DNA of 31,362 nt from Desulfatirhabdium butyrativorans (GTDB lineage: Bacteria > Desulfobacterota > Desulfobacteria > Desulfobacterales > DYRK01): assembly GCA_020718785.1 (NCBI GenBank), contig DYRK01000004.1, forward strand, positions 1 through 31,362, in the 5' to 3' direction. Below are positions 18,011 to 26,698 of this stretch, one piece after another (the stretch's first letter is position 1; the number at the start of each line of letters is the position of its first letter). Position numbers and translations under genes: made by a program. The notes under the pieces are model-generated. The model was given only the letters and a program-made list of their open reading frames with translations, was not told the origin of the DNA and did no database searches.

Positions 18011-18808
18011 TCAAGGGGTTAAACCTTCAGGAACGCCTTTCGGGAATACCTGCTGAATCGCCTGCTGAATTTTGCCGATACGGTTTTCGGGATTCGGATG
18101 GGTACTGAAGAATTCGGGCGGACCTGCACCACTCCTGGAGTCGGCCAGTATCTGCATGACTTTGATCATGGCTCTCGGATCATAACCTGCCTCAGACATA
18201 AAGCGGACGCCCAATTGATCGGACTGGAGTTCGTCGTCACGCCCGTATTTCATATTCACCAATTGTCCTACCACAGCGGCAACCTGCCCTGCGCGCTGAT
18301 CGCCGGAAGCCACTATGACAGCACCGGTAAGCCCCTGGGTCAGTTCCGATTTGGCAATACGCTGGGCAGAATGACGGGCAATCACATGTGTGATCTCATG
18401 TCCCAGCACAGCGGCAAGCTGTCCTTCGGTGTCGAATCGGCTGTAGAGACCGGCTGTAATGAAAACCTGACCCCCTGGCAGGGCAAAGGCATTGACGGTC
18501 TTGCGGTCATTGAGCAGATGAAATCCGAATTGCCATTGTGTATCTTTGGCTGCACTGCCGCGTACCAGTCTGTTTCCGACTTTGTCAATATAATCCTGAT
18601 GTTTCTGACCCGGATAAAGTCCTCCGTACTGCCGGATCATCTCAGGCGCGGCTCTCATGCCCAGGGCAATTTCCTGACGCGGGGTAAGGCTGATGTACTG
18701 ATTTTCGCCGGTGACCGGATTGTATTCTTTAGAGCCGAAATATGAAAACAGAGAAAATATTGCCACCATAATGCCCATAAGAAGGCGCATAGTTCCGCTT
18801 CTCATCAT
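18011..18808 (-). CDS. M48 family zinc metallopeptidase
   Basis: VNAFALPGG, HEITH (HExxH), DELQSD, GYDPRAM and STHPNPENR motifs. Confidence 0.92.
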   Translation of the reverse strand: MMRSGTMRLLMGIMVAIFSLFSYFGSKEYNPVTGENQYISLTPRQEIALGMRAAPEMIRQYGGLYPGQKHQDYIDKVGNRLVRGSAAKDTQWQFGFHLLNDRKTVNAFALPGGQVFITAGLYSRFDTEGQLAAVLGHEITHVIARHSAQRIAKSELTQGLTGAVIVASGDQRAGQVAAVVGQLVNMKYGRDDELQSDQLGVRFMSEAGYDPRAMIKVMQILADSRSGAGPPEFFSTHPNPENRIGKIQQAIQQVFPKGVPEGLTP

Positions 18809-19326
18809 AGCTGTTGCTCCTTTTCCGATGTCTCTTCAGTGACAGAGACAAATTCTTCCACTTCCAGTCCTTCATAGATACCTCCTGCCATTGCGCCCAG
18901 GAGAATATGACTCGCTGCTATGGGCCAGCCTTTCATGGCAAAAAACCAGGGAAAAAAGATCGTCATAGTGTAGAAAACAATGCAGTAAACCGCGAGTCCG
19001 AAAACTGCGCCGCCCAGAATTCCCGTAAGCAATCCGCCTCGGTGAATGATATATGCCAGAAGCAATGCAAATGCCATAGACAGAACTGAATTCACGAGCA
19101 GAGCCGCTATCAGAGCAGAAAGATCGTAAGTTGCCGGCGGTGCGAGAATTCCTTCTCCCAATATGACAGATGCAAACAGCCGGATCATGACCCACGCATT
19201 TCCGCCGGTAAAATAAGGCACAGCAAATACAGTGACTGCCAGAAAGACAAAACCGGAGATAATGCCGGCCCGGACCGCCGCGCTCCAGTCAACCAACTGA
19301 CGTTTATGAACCGAAGTATCAGCCAT
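18805..19326 (-). CDS. Small integral membrane protein (about 4 TM), translationally coupled to the M48 gene
   Basis: Four hydrophobic, glycine-rich segments, an RBS (GGAGG), and an ATGA overlap with the peptidase gene. Confidence 0.75.
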   Translation of the reverse strand: MADTSVHKRQLVDWSAAVRAGIISGFVFLAVTVFAVPYFTGGNAWVMIRLFASVILGEGILAPPATYDLSALIAALLVNSVLSMAFALLLAYIIHRGGLLTGILGGAVFGLAVYCIVFYTMTIFFPWFFAMKGWPIAASHILLGAMAGGIYEGLEVEEFVSVTEETSEKEQQL

Positions 19327-19352
19327 TGAATAATCCTCCTTGAATAAAGTTA

Positions 19353-21617
19353 TCAGTTGCCCTCTTTCAGCACAATATCTTTCCTCCGCAGGACATCTTC
19401 AAGCTCTCTTGCCGGCATGGGACGTCCGAAATAATATCCCTGCATCATGCGGCACCCCTGACGGCTTAAAAAATCCTGCTGATCTTTGTTTTCGACTCCT
19501 TCGGCAACGGTCTCAATACTCAGATTCCGAGCCATGGAGATAATGGTCTTGATAATCTCACGGTCGTCGCGGTTAGTTGCAGATTCGGCTATGAAAGACC
19601 GGTCTATCTTCAGGGTGTCAATCGGAAAACGTTTCATGTAGCTCAGAGAGGAATATCCCGTGCCGAAATCGTCAATGGAAAAGCGTATTCCTTTTGAGCG
19701 GAGCCGGTTCATTTTTGCAATGGCTGCTTCCGGGTCCTCCATGATGCCGCTCTCGGTCACTTCCAATTTCAGGTAATTCGGAGACAGACCGGTTTCATCG
19801 AGAATCCGCTCGATTGTCTCTGACAGATTTTTTTCTCTGAACTGACGGGTTGAGAGATTCACAGCCACATAAAGCCCTTTATAACCCATATCATGCCATT
19901 TTTTAGCCTGCTTGCAGGCTGTCCGGAGGACCCATTCTCCGATTGGTACGATAATTCCTGTCTCCTCTGCCAGATGGATAAATTTATCGGGATTGACTAA
20001 TCCCATCAGGGGATGCTGCCAGCGCAGCAATGCCTCAGCCCCGACAATCTGTTGCACATCGCCCACCAGCGGCTGATAGTAAACAATAAACTGTCTGCGT
20101 TCCAGAGCAGTACGCAGATTGTTTCCCATATTCATCCGCTCGATGGCTTTGATGTTCATCTCCTCTGTGAAGAAGCGGTATCCGTCCCCTTCTTCTTTGG
20201 CCACATACATTGCCATATCCGCATTTTTGACAAGAACTTCGACTGTTTTGCCGTCATCGGGATAAACACTGATGCCTATGCTCGCTGTTGTAAAGACTTC
20301 GGTCTCTTTGATCGCCCAGGGAAGAGAAACAGCCTTGCGGATTTTTGAAACTACCTTGGCAATATCAATATCGTTGAGGAGGTTGTTCAGGATAATCGTA
20401 AACTCGTCTCCCCCCAGTCTGAAGACATGATCGCTTTTCCTCAGACAGTTCGAAAGCCGGTCTGCCATCCCTTTCAGCAGTTCGTCTCCGGCATCGTGTC
20501 CCAATGTATCATTTACATATTTGAATCTGTCCAAATCCATAAACAGCAATGCCCATTTGGAATCTCCGATACGCCGCAGGGACTGGTTCAGTTTTTCTTC
20601 CAGACATCTGTAAAAAGATTTGCGGTTGGGAAGCCCTGTAAGAACGTCATGATATGCAATGAATGCAATTTCTTCTTCTACCCGTTTCCTCTCCGATATA
20701 TCCTGAAAGGTCAGAACACTTCCCATAGGCTCACCTTGACTGTCATAAAAAAATGAACCGCTGATGCTCACATCCACCTTATGCCCTTCTTTGTTCAGGC
20801 GATAAGTCTCAATTCCGGAAAAAGGCTCGCAATATTTGAGGCTGGCGATGATTGTTTTTGTCTCAGGCAGTTGTTCTGTGGGCATGAATTCGATCTGCCG
20901 CCCCAGATTTTCCGCCAGCGTCCACCCGAATACACGGGTAAATGCCGGGTTGAGATATGTGACTTTTCCGTCCATATCGCAGACCGCTACCGGGTCAGGT
21001 GCAGCTTCCAGTACAATCCGATGTTTTTCCTCACTTTCACGCAAAGCCGATTCGGTCTGCTTACGCACCTCTATTTCACGTTTCAGATCATCATTGGCTT
21101 CTATCAGCTGCAGTTCCAATTTGTCCTGATAATTCCTCAGGACATCTTCGGTCTCGCGCTCGTCGGCAAATCTGGCTATCCGCTCGGCAACAGCATGATT
21201 CAGACGGCTTCCGTTGCAGTGAAGAATATCTTCGTTTTCTTCTGTGAAAGCAATTTCCACTTTGCCGACAACAGCAGCCTCTATGACTATATCGGCAGAC
21301 TGTCTTCGGGCGGTTTCCGAAAAATTCTGTGTCTTATATTCTTTTTCCTTTAAGATAATCCGCGCACAGACTTTGTCCGAATGCTGCCATGCACGGGGAA
21401 TCAGATTCACTGTTTCCTGAAATATCTCTTGTTCGGGAAGGTATTTATGACTCAGAAGATCGGATATACGGCACAGACAATTCAGAATCCTGACCCGGCT
21501 GCCGAGTTTGCGGATTCTCCGGCGCAGCATCCCGCTTGTTTTCATCTGCTCGGAGAACTGCTGCTCCAATTCTCTGACCCTGTTCTCTAATTCTTCATAT
21601 AGCGGCTTTAGGGCCAT
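19353..21617 (-). CDS. PAS-GGDEF-EAL diguanylate cyclase/phosphodiesterase
   Basis: HDVLTGLPNR, MDLDRFK, I-site RKSD, GGDEF, EALLRW, DDFGTGYSSL and a PAS domain. Start set at ATG 21617, behind GAGGGAG. Confidence 0.95.
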   Translation of the reverse strand: MALKPLYEELENRVRELEQQFSEQMKTSGMLRRRIRKLGSRVRILNCLCRISDLLSHKYLPEQEIFQETVNLIPRAWQHSDKVCARIILKEKEYKTQNFSETARRQSADIVIEAAVVGKVEIAFTEENEDILHCNGSRLNHAVAERIARFADERETEDVLRNYQDKLELQLIEANDDLKREIEVRKQTESALRESEEKHRIVLEAAPDPVAVCDMDGKVTYLNPAFTRVFGWTLAENLGRQIEFMPTEQLPETKTIIASLKYCEPFSGIETYRLNKEGHKVDVSISGSFFYDSQGEPMGSVLTFQDISERKRVEEEIAFIAYHDVLTGLPNRKSFYRCLEEKLNQSLRRIGDSKWALLFMDLDRFKYVNDTLGHDAGDELLKGMADRLSNCLRKSDHVFRLGGDEFTIILNNLLNDIDIAKVVSKIRKAVSLPWAIKETEVFTTASIGISVYPDDGKTVEVLVKNADMAMYVAKEEGDGYRFFTEEMNIKAIERMNMGNNLRTALERRQFIVYYQPLVGDVQQIVGAEALLRWQHPLMGLVNPDKFIHLAEETGIIVPIGEWVLRTACKQAKKWHDMGYKGLYVAVNLSTRQFREKNLSETIERILDETGLSPNYLKLEVTESGIMEDPEAAIAKMNRLRSKGIRFSIDDFGTGYSSLSYMKRFPIDTLKIDRSFIAESATNRDDREIIKTIISMARNLSIETVAEGVENKDQQDFLSRQGCRMMQGYYFGRPMPARELEDVLRRKDIVLKEGN

Positions 21618-21670
21618 TCTCACTCCCTCTCACTCTGACATGACCATCGGCAGATCAACATACACGGCAT

Positions 21671-24412
21671 TCATAATATTTCACATTTCAAGCCCAACTG
21701 TTTTGCGGATTCCTGCATGGCTTTTACTCTGTTATCATCCGGCGTGAGAGGGCTGGAAGAACCGGCTTCGAATTCGAATCGGATAGACAATTTCTGCTTT
21801 TTCAGATTCATCTGGTTTGAAGGATAAATAAAACTGCTGAAAATCTGATTCCAGTTCTCTAACGGCACGTCCCCGCTGATGTCCATTCGGCTGACGATAT
21901 TTCCCTCTTTTACTTCCGCAGGCTTCGGCTCGGTGACTGTCGGTTGAAAAAAAGGTGGTTTGACGACATCAGGTTTTTCAGGTTGTGCAGCAGGTTCAGG
22001 TTCAAACGGCGGAATAATCCATACACCGTCATCCTGCCAGTCTATAGAAGAAGGAATGTTTTTGCAATATTTTTTGTTTAACGAATTTATCGCCGTTCCT
22101 ATTCCGATTCCTATTCTGCCATCCTGCGCTGCCTTGCTGACAGCATCAGTCACAACTTTCACGTTCGGAATCATGGGCTTGTCGGTAAATCTCAGAAACC
22201 AGTCTGCCGCATCTTTGACCCGGTCTCCGCCTTCTTTGGGAATCAGCCCGCATTCTTCAAAAGTGGCGATCCCGATTTTCTTTTGTATCCACTCCTCATT
22301 TACAACACTTTTCCATACGGCTTCAAGAAAAAGTTTCAGTCCGGTTTTGGGTTCGGACAGTGACAGGGAATGAACCGTGTCTTTTTCAACTCTTGCAACA
22401 ACCGTGTATGCTGTGGAACAGGTATCTTCAAAAAATTTTTGGGTATTTTCCGATTTGCTTTTCAGTTCGGCTTTCTGCTCCGAATCCAACTGCGAATTGT
22501 AATCGTTCAGAATGCTTTCGATCACGGTTTTGTCCCGATACGCATTTTGCAGATTTCTCGCCCCGTTTTCGCTTGCGGATAAAAAAAGAAGCGTATTCCG
22601 ATACAGTCTTTCCTTTGTTCCGCAATATTTCGACAGTTGAAGAATGAGGTCCTGCGCCGGATTTTTCGCATGGTTTTCAATCCATTGAACAGAAGGGGGC
22701 AGAATAACCAGCGTCAGAGATTTCTGCTCTGCCAAATCCGTTCCGGGATTGACCAATATTTTGTGAAAAAATTCCTGTTTCAGTCCGCTGACATGGCTTC
22801 GCAATTCTTCGGCGATTTTGTTCAGAAAATTATTTTCACCCAAAGTTACGGAATACTGATGAATCAGCTTGTTGATTGTCGGCTTTATGTTAAACCAGAA
22901 TCTTTTCTCCTGTCCGCCGGCGGTGTGAAGGTAAAACGCGTTTTCCTCCAATTGAATCAATGCGCCGTCAATCATTCCCCAGTTCAGATGCGGCTGGGAA
23001 CAGGCTGATTTTATTTCTTTGATATTCAGCCCGGCACGTTCGGCTTTTGAACCGAAACTGTTCAGCAAAATCGCAGAAGCAATGCCTTCGGTGATTCTTT
23101 CGCTTTCATAATCTCCGCCTTTCCGTTTGTCAGCCTGAACCGCATTGGAGTTGTCTCCGCTGATATCCGCAGCAACGACCGACTTATAAGCATCTCCCCA
23201 TAAGCGGCTTAATGTGCCGCCCCAGGCGTCTGATGACCAGGGAATATGGTTCGGCTGGATTAAGGCGCATTTCTGAGAATTGGCATTTTTTCTATGCCAT
23301 TGATCGGACACCAGAGTTGCAAGCAGTCTCAAAACCCCTCTGGTTCTTTGAAATGAAGAATGGCTTCCCCAGCGATGATAAAGGGCTTCTATCAGTTCCG
23401 GATGAAAAGGATAAGAGCGTTCAATCAGGGTTTTATATGCCGGTTTTAAAACTTCGGAAGGAACATCGGAGGAATGTTCTTTATACATCTGATAATAGGC
23501 TTTGGCTGCGCTTTCTTTTTCCGTTCCCACGGAATCGAACAGTCTTTTTCGGATGACCTCATAAATTTCATCATCCTGCACGGGTTTGACATCAACGGCT
23601 TCTCTGAAATAGCGGGTTTCCAAAGCATCCAGCACCGATTGCCCCAAAGCGTCTCCGCCGACTTCGATATGACTTGCCGGTAATGTTGCCGCCATCATGG
23701 CTTTCGGTGTTTTTGCCACGGCTCCGTTCAACTGCTGAATAAACGATATGGTCTGGTCTGCCAAAGTGGTTTTTTCAATCTTTATTCCCGAAGCCGCAAC
23801 GCAATAATCCGCCAATTCATCTGCCAAAATCAGGCATGGTGAGGCTTTGGCTAAAATCGTTTCAAACAGTCCTTGGGGAAAAACCCGGGTTTTATCATTT
23901 TCTTCAATGATTGAATACAGTTCTTTCCCGCCTAATTGATAGGCAATTTCTCCCCACATCGTTTTCAGATGCGTGCCGTCCGGGAGTTTTCTTCCCTGCG
24001 CTGCATCACAGGTCTTATTCGTAAATACTGCCACATTGACTTTTGCCGGTCTTATTTCGGTCAGATCAATATCCAATGTTGTAAGCAATTCTTCGATATT
24101 CCGGCTTTTTGCAAGATGATACAAGGCTGACAGCAAATGCGTTTTCCCGCCGCCGAAAGAGGTCTGAAGCCCGAGTATTCTGTCAGAAGATTCCGAATTT
24201 CCGTACAATACTTTTGCCGCTTTTGTGAGTACGGATTTCAAGCCTTCGGTAAAATAGGTCTTTTTGAAAAACGCTTCAGAATCCGAATACATTTCAGGCG
24301 CATTTCCGCTAATCACTCCCCACAGATCAATGGCAAATGAAGATTCGTCAAGATTGCCTTTTTTAATATCCTCATGCGGCGTACAAACCGAATACCAAGA
24401 TTTCAGTTCCAT
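21671..24412 (-). CDS. DUF499-family AAA+ ATPase
   Basis: Walker A QTSFGGGKTH, Walker B LILADEL, PHEDI N-terminus, YPFHPEL and FQRTRGVLRLL motifs. RBS AAGGAG. Confidence 0.9.
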   Translation of the reverse strand: MELKSWYSVCTPHEDIKKGNLDESSFAIDLWGVISGNAPEMYSDSEAFFKKTYFTEGLKSVLTKAAKVLYGNSESSDRILGLQTSFGGGKTHLLSALYHLAKSRNIEELLTTLDIDLTEIRPAKVNVAVFTNKTCDAAQGRKLPDGTHLKTMWGEIAYQLGGKELYSIIEENDKTRVFPQGLFETILAKASPCLILADELADYCVAASGIKIEKTTLADQTISFIQQLNGAVAKTPKAMMAATLPASHIEVGGDALGQSVLDALETRYFREAVDVKPVQDDEIYEVIRKRLFDSVGTEKESAAKAYYQMYKEHSSDVPSEVLKPAYKTLIERSYPFHPELIEALYHRWGSHSSFQRTRGVLRLLATLVSDQWHRKNANSQKCALIQPNHIPWSSDAWGGTLSRLWGDAYKSVVAADISGDNSNAVQADKRKGGDYESERITEGIASAILLNSFGSKAERAGLNIKEIKSACSQPHLNWGMIDGALIQLEENAFYLHTAGGQEKRFWFNIKPTINKLIHQYSVTLGENNFLNKIAEELRSHVSGLKQEFFHKILVNPGTDLAEQKSLTLVILPPSVQWIENHAKNPAQDLILQLSKYCGTKERLYRNTLLFLSASENGARNLQNAYRDKTVIESILNDYNSQLDSEQKAELKSKSENTQKFFEDTCSTAYTVVARVEKDTVHSLSLSEPKTGLKLFLEAVWKSVVNEEWIQKKIGIATFEECGLIPKEGGDRVKDAADWFLRFTDKPMIPNVKVVTDAVSKAAQDGRIGIGIGTAINSLNKKYCKNIPSSIDWQDDGVWIIPPFEPEPAAQPEKPDVVKPPFFQPTVTEPKPAEVKEGNIVSRMDISGDVPLENWNQIFSSFIYPSNQMNLKKQKLSIRFEFEAGSSSPLTPDDNRVKAMQESAKQLGLKCEIL

Positions 24413-24427
24413 TTTAATCTGCTCCTT

Positions 24428-24595
24428 TCAGAGAGTTTCATCAAATCGGATCATGTCCGATGATTTTTCCCGAACCGTTTTTATCAGAATTACTTCTCCT
24501 CTGATTTCACTCATATATTCATCAGTGTTTTTTTTGTCTTTAAATTTTCCCTGCCATCTTTTTTTAATTTGGTATTTTGAAGTAACTCTGGACAT
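24428..24595 (-). pseudogene. 55-codon AbrB/MazE (VapB-like) antitoxin relic, not in the ORF track
   Basis: Hand translation gives MSRVTSKYQI-KKRWQGKFKDKKNTDEYMSEIRGE-VILIKTVREKSSDMIRFDETL*, with AGGAG upstream. It has the AbrB N-terminal motif and the typical C-terminal TDEYMxEIRGE, but the central domain is missing. Confidence 0.6.
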
Positions 24596-24660
24596 TTATT
24601 TTTCTCCTGAATCAATCTGTCGGATTGTCAGCAGATCAAAAATGCCTCCCTGCCGCTCCC

Positions 24661-24710
24661 GGCGGATTGACAAATCCGCCGGAAATGCTTGGGATTTGTC
24701 AATCCCAAGC
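24661..24710. repeat. Inverted pair of REP-like hairpins (GGATTGACAAATCC core)
   Basis: ggcggattgacaaatccgcc (24661-24680) and gcttgggatttgtcaatcccaagc (24687-24710). The two cores are reverse complements. Confidence 0.75.
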
Positions 24711-24745
24711 GAGCATTTCGGGAAATTTTTCGATCTGATGTAGCA

Positions 24746-24889
24746 GGGTCACAATTTGCGCTTTTCAAATTTTCTGTAAAACGCCCAGGCTTAAAACAGA
24801 TGCAAATCGTTTTATCGGCAAAACGGTTTGCGTCTGTTTTAAGCAGCGGCGTTTTACAAAAGCGCAGATTATACCGGTGGGCAGTATAT
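24746..24889. mobile_element. MITE-like element, second copy
   Basis: Colinear with 11363-11516, including the aagcgcag(a/t)ttata(c/a)cggtgggcagtatat right end. Its end supplies the last codons and stop of the yefM-like gene. Confidence 0.7.
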
Positions 24890-25153
24890 CGTCATATCTG
24901 AAAAAACTTCTTCTAGGGATTTTCCGACCGACCTGCCTGCATCATGGTCTTCAAATGACTGAACAAGTGCTTTCAAAGCTTTTTTGTCGTTTAACAGACG
25001 CATGGTTTCTTTATATGATTCCCATTCATCCATAGAGATTAAGACCATATTACCGTTTTTATGAGTCAGAATCACCTGATCATGATCACAAACGATCTGC
25101 CTGTGCAGCTCATATAAACGACTGCGTGCTTTTGAAACGCTCATCACTTCCAT
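24869..25153 (-). CDS. Phd/YefM-family antitoxin (orphan)
   Basis: MEVMSVSKARSRLYEL...VILTHKNGNMVLISMDEWESYKETMRLL. Start reassigned to ATG 25153. No toxin follows. Confidence 0.85.
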   Translation of the reverse strand: MEVMSVSKARSRLYELHRQIVCDHDQVILTHKNGNMVLISMDEWESYKETMRLLNDKKALKALVQSFEDHDAGRSVGKSLEEVFSDMTIYCPPV

Positions 25154-25196
25154 TTTATTTATCCGCCTTGTTTTTTCTCTCTTCAGAATCTGATAC

Positions 25197-25454
25197 CTAT
25201 CCTGCGTCTTCTTCCTCAACTTCGGCAGGGGTCATCGTCAGCAGCCCTATGATTTTGGAATTCGTTTCTTCGTCAAGAATTTTGTCGAGCTTATCCCACA
25301 GCATATTCTGACGTTCGAGCTGTGATTTGCCGAGAAAACTGTCCGAAATTATGAATCCTCCGATTCTTCCTTCCGGGGTTACTTCCAGTTCCGGTTTCGG
25401 ATTATCCAATCCCAGTTGCGAAATAATTTTTTCTAACTCTTCTTTGATGTCCAT
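25197..25454 (-). CDS. BolA/IbaG-like small acidic protein lacking the conserved histidines
   Basis: IISDSFLGKSQLERQNML fits the BolA S-x2-F-x-G-x5-R pattern, and LTMTPAE fits the C-terminal TPxE motif. Overlaps the upstream HEPN gene by 22 nt. Confidence 0.55.
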   Translation of the reverse strand: MDIKEELEKIISQLGLDNPKPELEVTPEGRIGGFIISDSFLGKSQLERQNMLWDKLDKILDEETNSKIIGLLTMTPAEVEEEDAG

Positions 25455-25882
25455 TGTCTTATTCCCATCCTGATGATTTCCAAGGCATTGCTGATGATAA
25501 TATCGGAATTCGGTTTCAGAATATCTCCTTTGATTCCTCTGTCCAGATTTAATCTTTTAAATTCAGATAATAGTCTCTCATAAGAAGCAAATCGGTAATT
25601 GTTTTTCCAACGCGACCATACCTCTCCCAACATTGCTGACAACTTTATCCTGTCACGCCGATGAATAAAATCAGCTATACCGCATTCTCTGAGAAGGCTT
25701 ACAAGATCATGCCTGCTTTCAAACTCAGCGTTTTTTCTTGTTTTGTATGCAATCAGCAGACATTCGACCGAGACACCCGCAAGATAAATCGCTGCTGCAT
25801 AGCGTTTCATATTATGCAGTCTTCTGGCATCGTCAATGCGTTCCTGTGATGCTTCAAGGTAATGCTCAGGTCTGAATCTCAT
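25433..25882 (-). CDS. HEPN domain protein
   Basis: ARRLHNMKRYAAAIYLAGVSVECLL, SRHDLVSL and WKNNYRF follow the HEPN helical pattern. Confidence 0.75.
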   Translation of the reverse strand: MRFRPEHYLEASQERIDDARRLHNMKRYAAAIYLAGVSVECLLIAYKTRKNAEFESRHDLVSLLRECGIADFIHRRDRIKLSAMLGEVWSRWKNNYRFASYERLLSEFKRLNLDRGIKGDILKPNSDIIISNALEIIRMGIRQWTSKKS

Positions 25883-25955
25883 AACTCGTAGCTCAACTCC
25901 CTCCGGTCACCTGATACTGTTTTTATCACATTCCCCCCGAAAGTCAAACAAAAAC

Positions 25956-25981
25956 AGCCCGCAGGCGTGAACCTACGGGCT
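25956..25981. repeat. GC-rich hairpin AGCCCGCAGG-CGTGAA-CCTACGGGCT (REP-like or terminator)
   Basis: 10-bp stem with one mismatch, just downstream of the MNT-HEPN pair. Confidence 0.55.
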
Positions 25982-26002
25982 ATATTGCAGGAAACGGAAT
26001 TT

Positions 26003-26389
26003 TCAGGCGATTAACCCTAACGACAACCGTGCAGCTTTACGGAATACACGGCATCGGTTACGGGCATCTTTTGCACAATCCTTATCTGCCGACTCTCCCG
26101 GGTAGCGATAACTTACGCTGAAATCCGTAAGAAATGCCAAATCCTGTCGGTATATTACCCAAAATGGTTCGACAGCAAGAGTCTGTTCAAGCAGTGCCAC
26201 CAAATCATGAATTTTTGCAAAAAATATTCCTGCCTCGCAAAGCCTGGCTTTCAGATACTTTTCAGCGCATTGCTGGGCATGAAAGCAGATTCCGTCATAA
26301 TTCGGATTTTTTCTGGCTCTTGATTCACGCTCAAGCATTGCGAAATCACCTTCCGCTTTCATTACCCATTCTTCAGTGACGGGCTTCAT
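26003..26389 (-). CDS. HEPN toxin of an MNT-HEPN pair
   Basis: WVMKAEGDF, CFHAQQCAEKYLKA, IHDLVAL and YRYPG. Start reassigned to ATG 26389, which overlaps the MNT 3' end. Confidence 0.9.
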   Translation of the reverse strand: MKPVTEEWVMKAEGDFAMLERESRARKNPNYDGICFHAQQCAEKYLKARLCEAGIFFAKIHDLVALLEQTLAVEPFWVIYRQDLAFLTDFSVSYRYPGESADKDCAKDARNRCRVFRKAARLSLGLIA

Positions 26390-26690
26390 AAAGAAGCCTT
26401 CCGTTTTGAAGTATGTCCTGCATAAAAAAATCGCCCATAGAAAGCCGATGCTCAACATTTTCAGGAGTCCGAACCAGAAGATCAAGCGGAAAATGAGGCA
26501 TGAGTTTCATCCGTATTTCAACAGATTTCTCTGTCGCTCTGCCTTTAAACGGCATGACAACCAGCAGATCAACATCCGAATCCGGCGTGGGGTTGCCGTT
26601 TGCGTAAGAACCGAACAGAATAATCCGATGCGGTTCAAACTCCTTTGCAATCCGAAAGCTGAAATCTTCAATCTGGCTCATGTTTATCAT
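26373..26690 (-). CDS. Minimal nucleotidyltransferase (MNT) antitoxin
   Basis: LFGSYANG...DSDVDLLV (GS + DxD), DLLVRTPE and GRLLYEA. Confidence 0.92.
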   Translation of the reverse strand: MINMSQIEDFSFRIAKEFEPHRIILFGSYANGNPTPDSDVDLLVVMPFKGRATEKSVEIRMKLMPHFPLDLLVRTPENVEHRLSMGDFFMQDILQNGRLLYEARH

Positions 26691-26698
26691 CATACACC

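Noticed and set aside
25197-25454. Annotating this gene as an active MNT antitoxin
   Set aside because: It lacks the GS and DxD catalytic motifs present in the neighbouring true MNT. A dead-MNT origin stays open in the findings.
25956-25981. IS200/IS605 end
   Set aside because: It is a single hairpin with no tnpA/tnpB or partner end.
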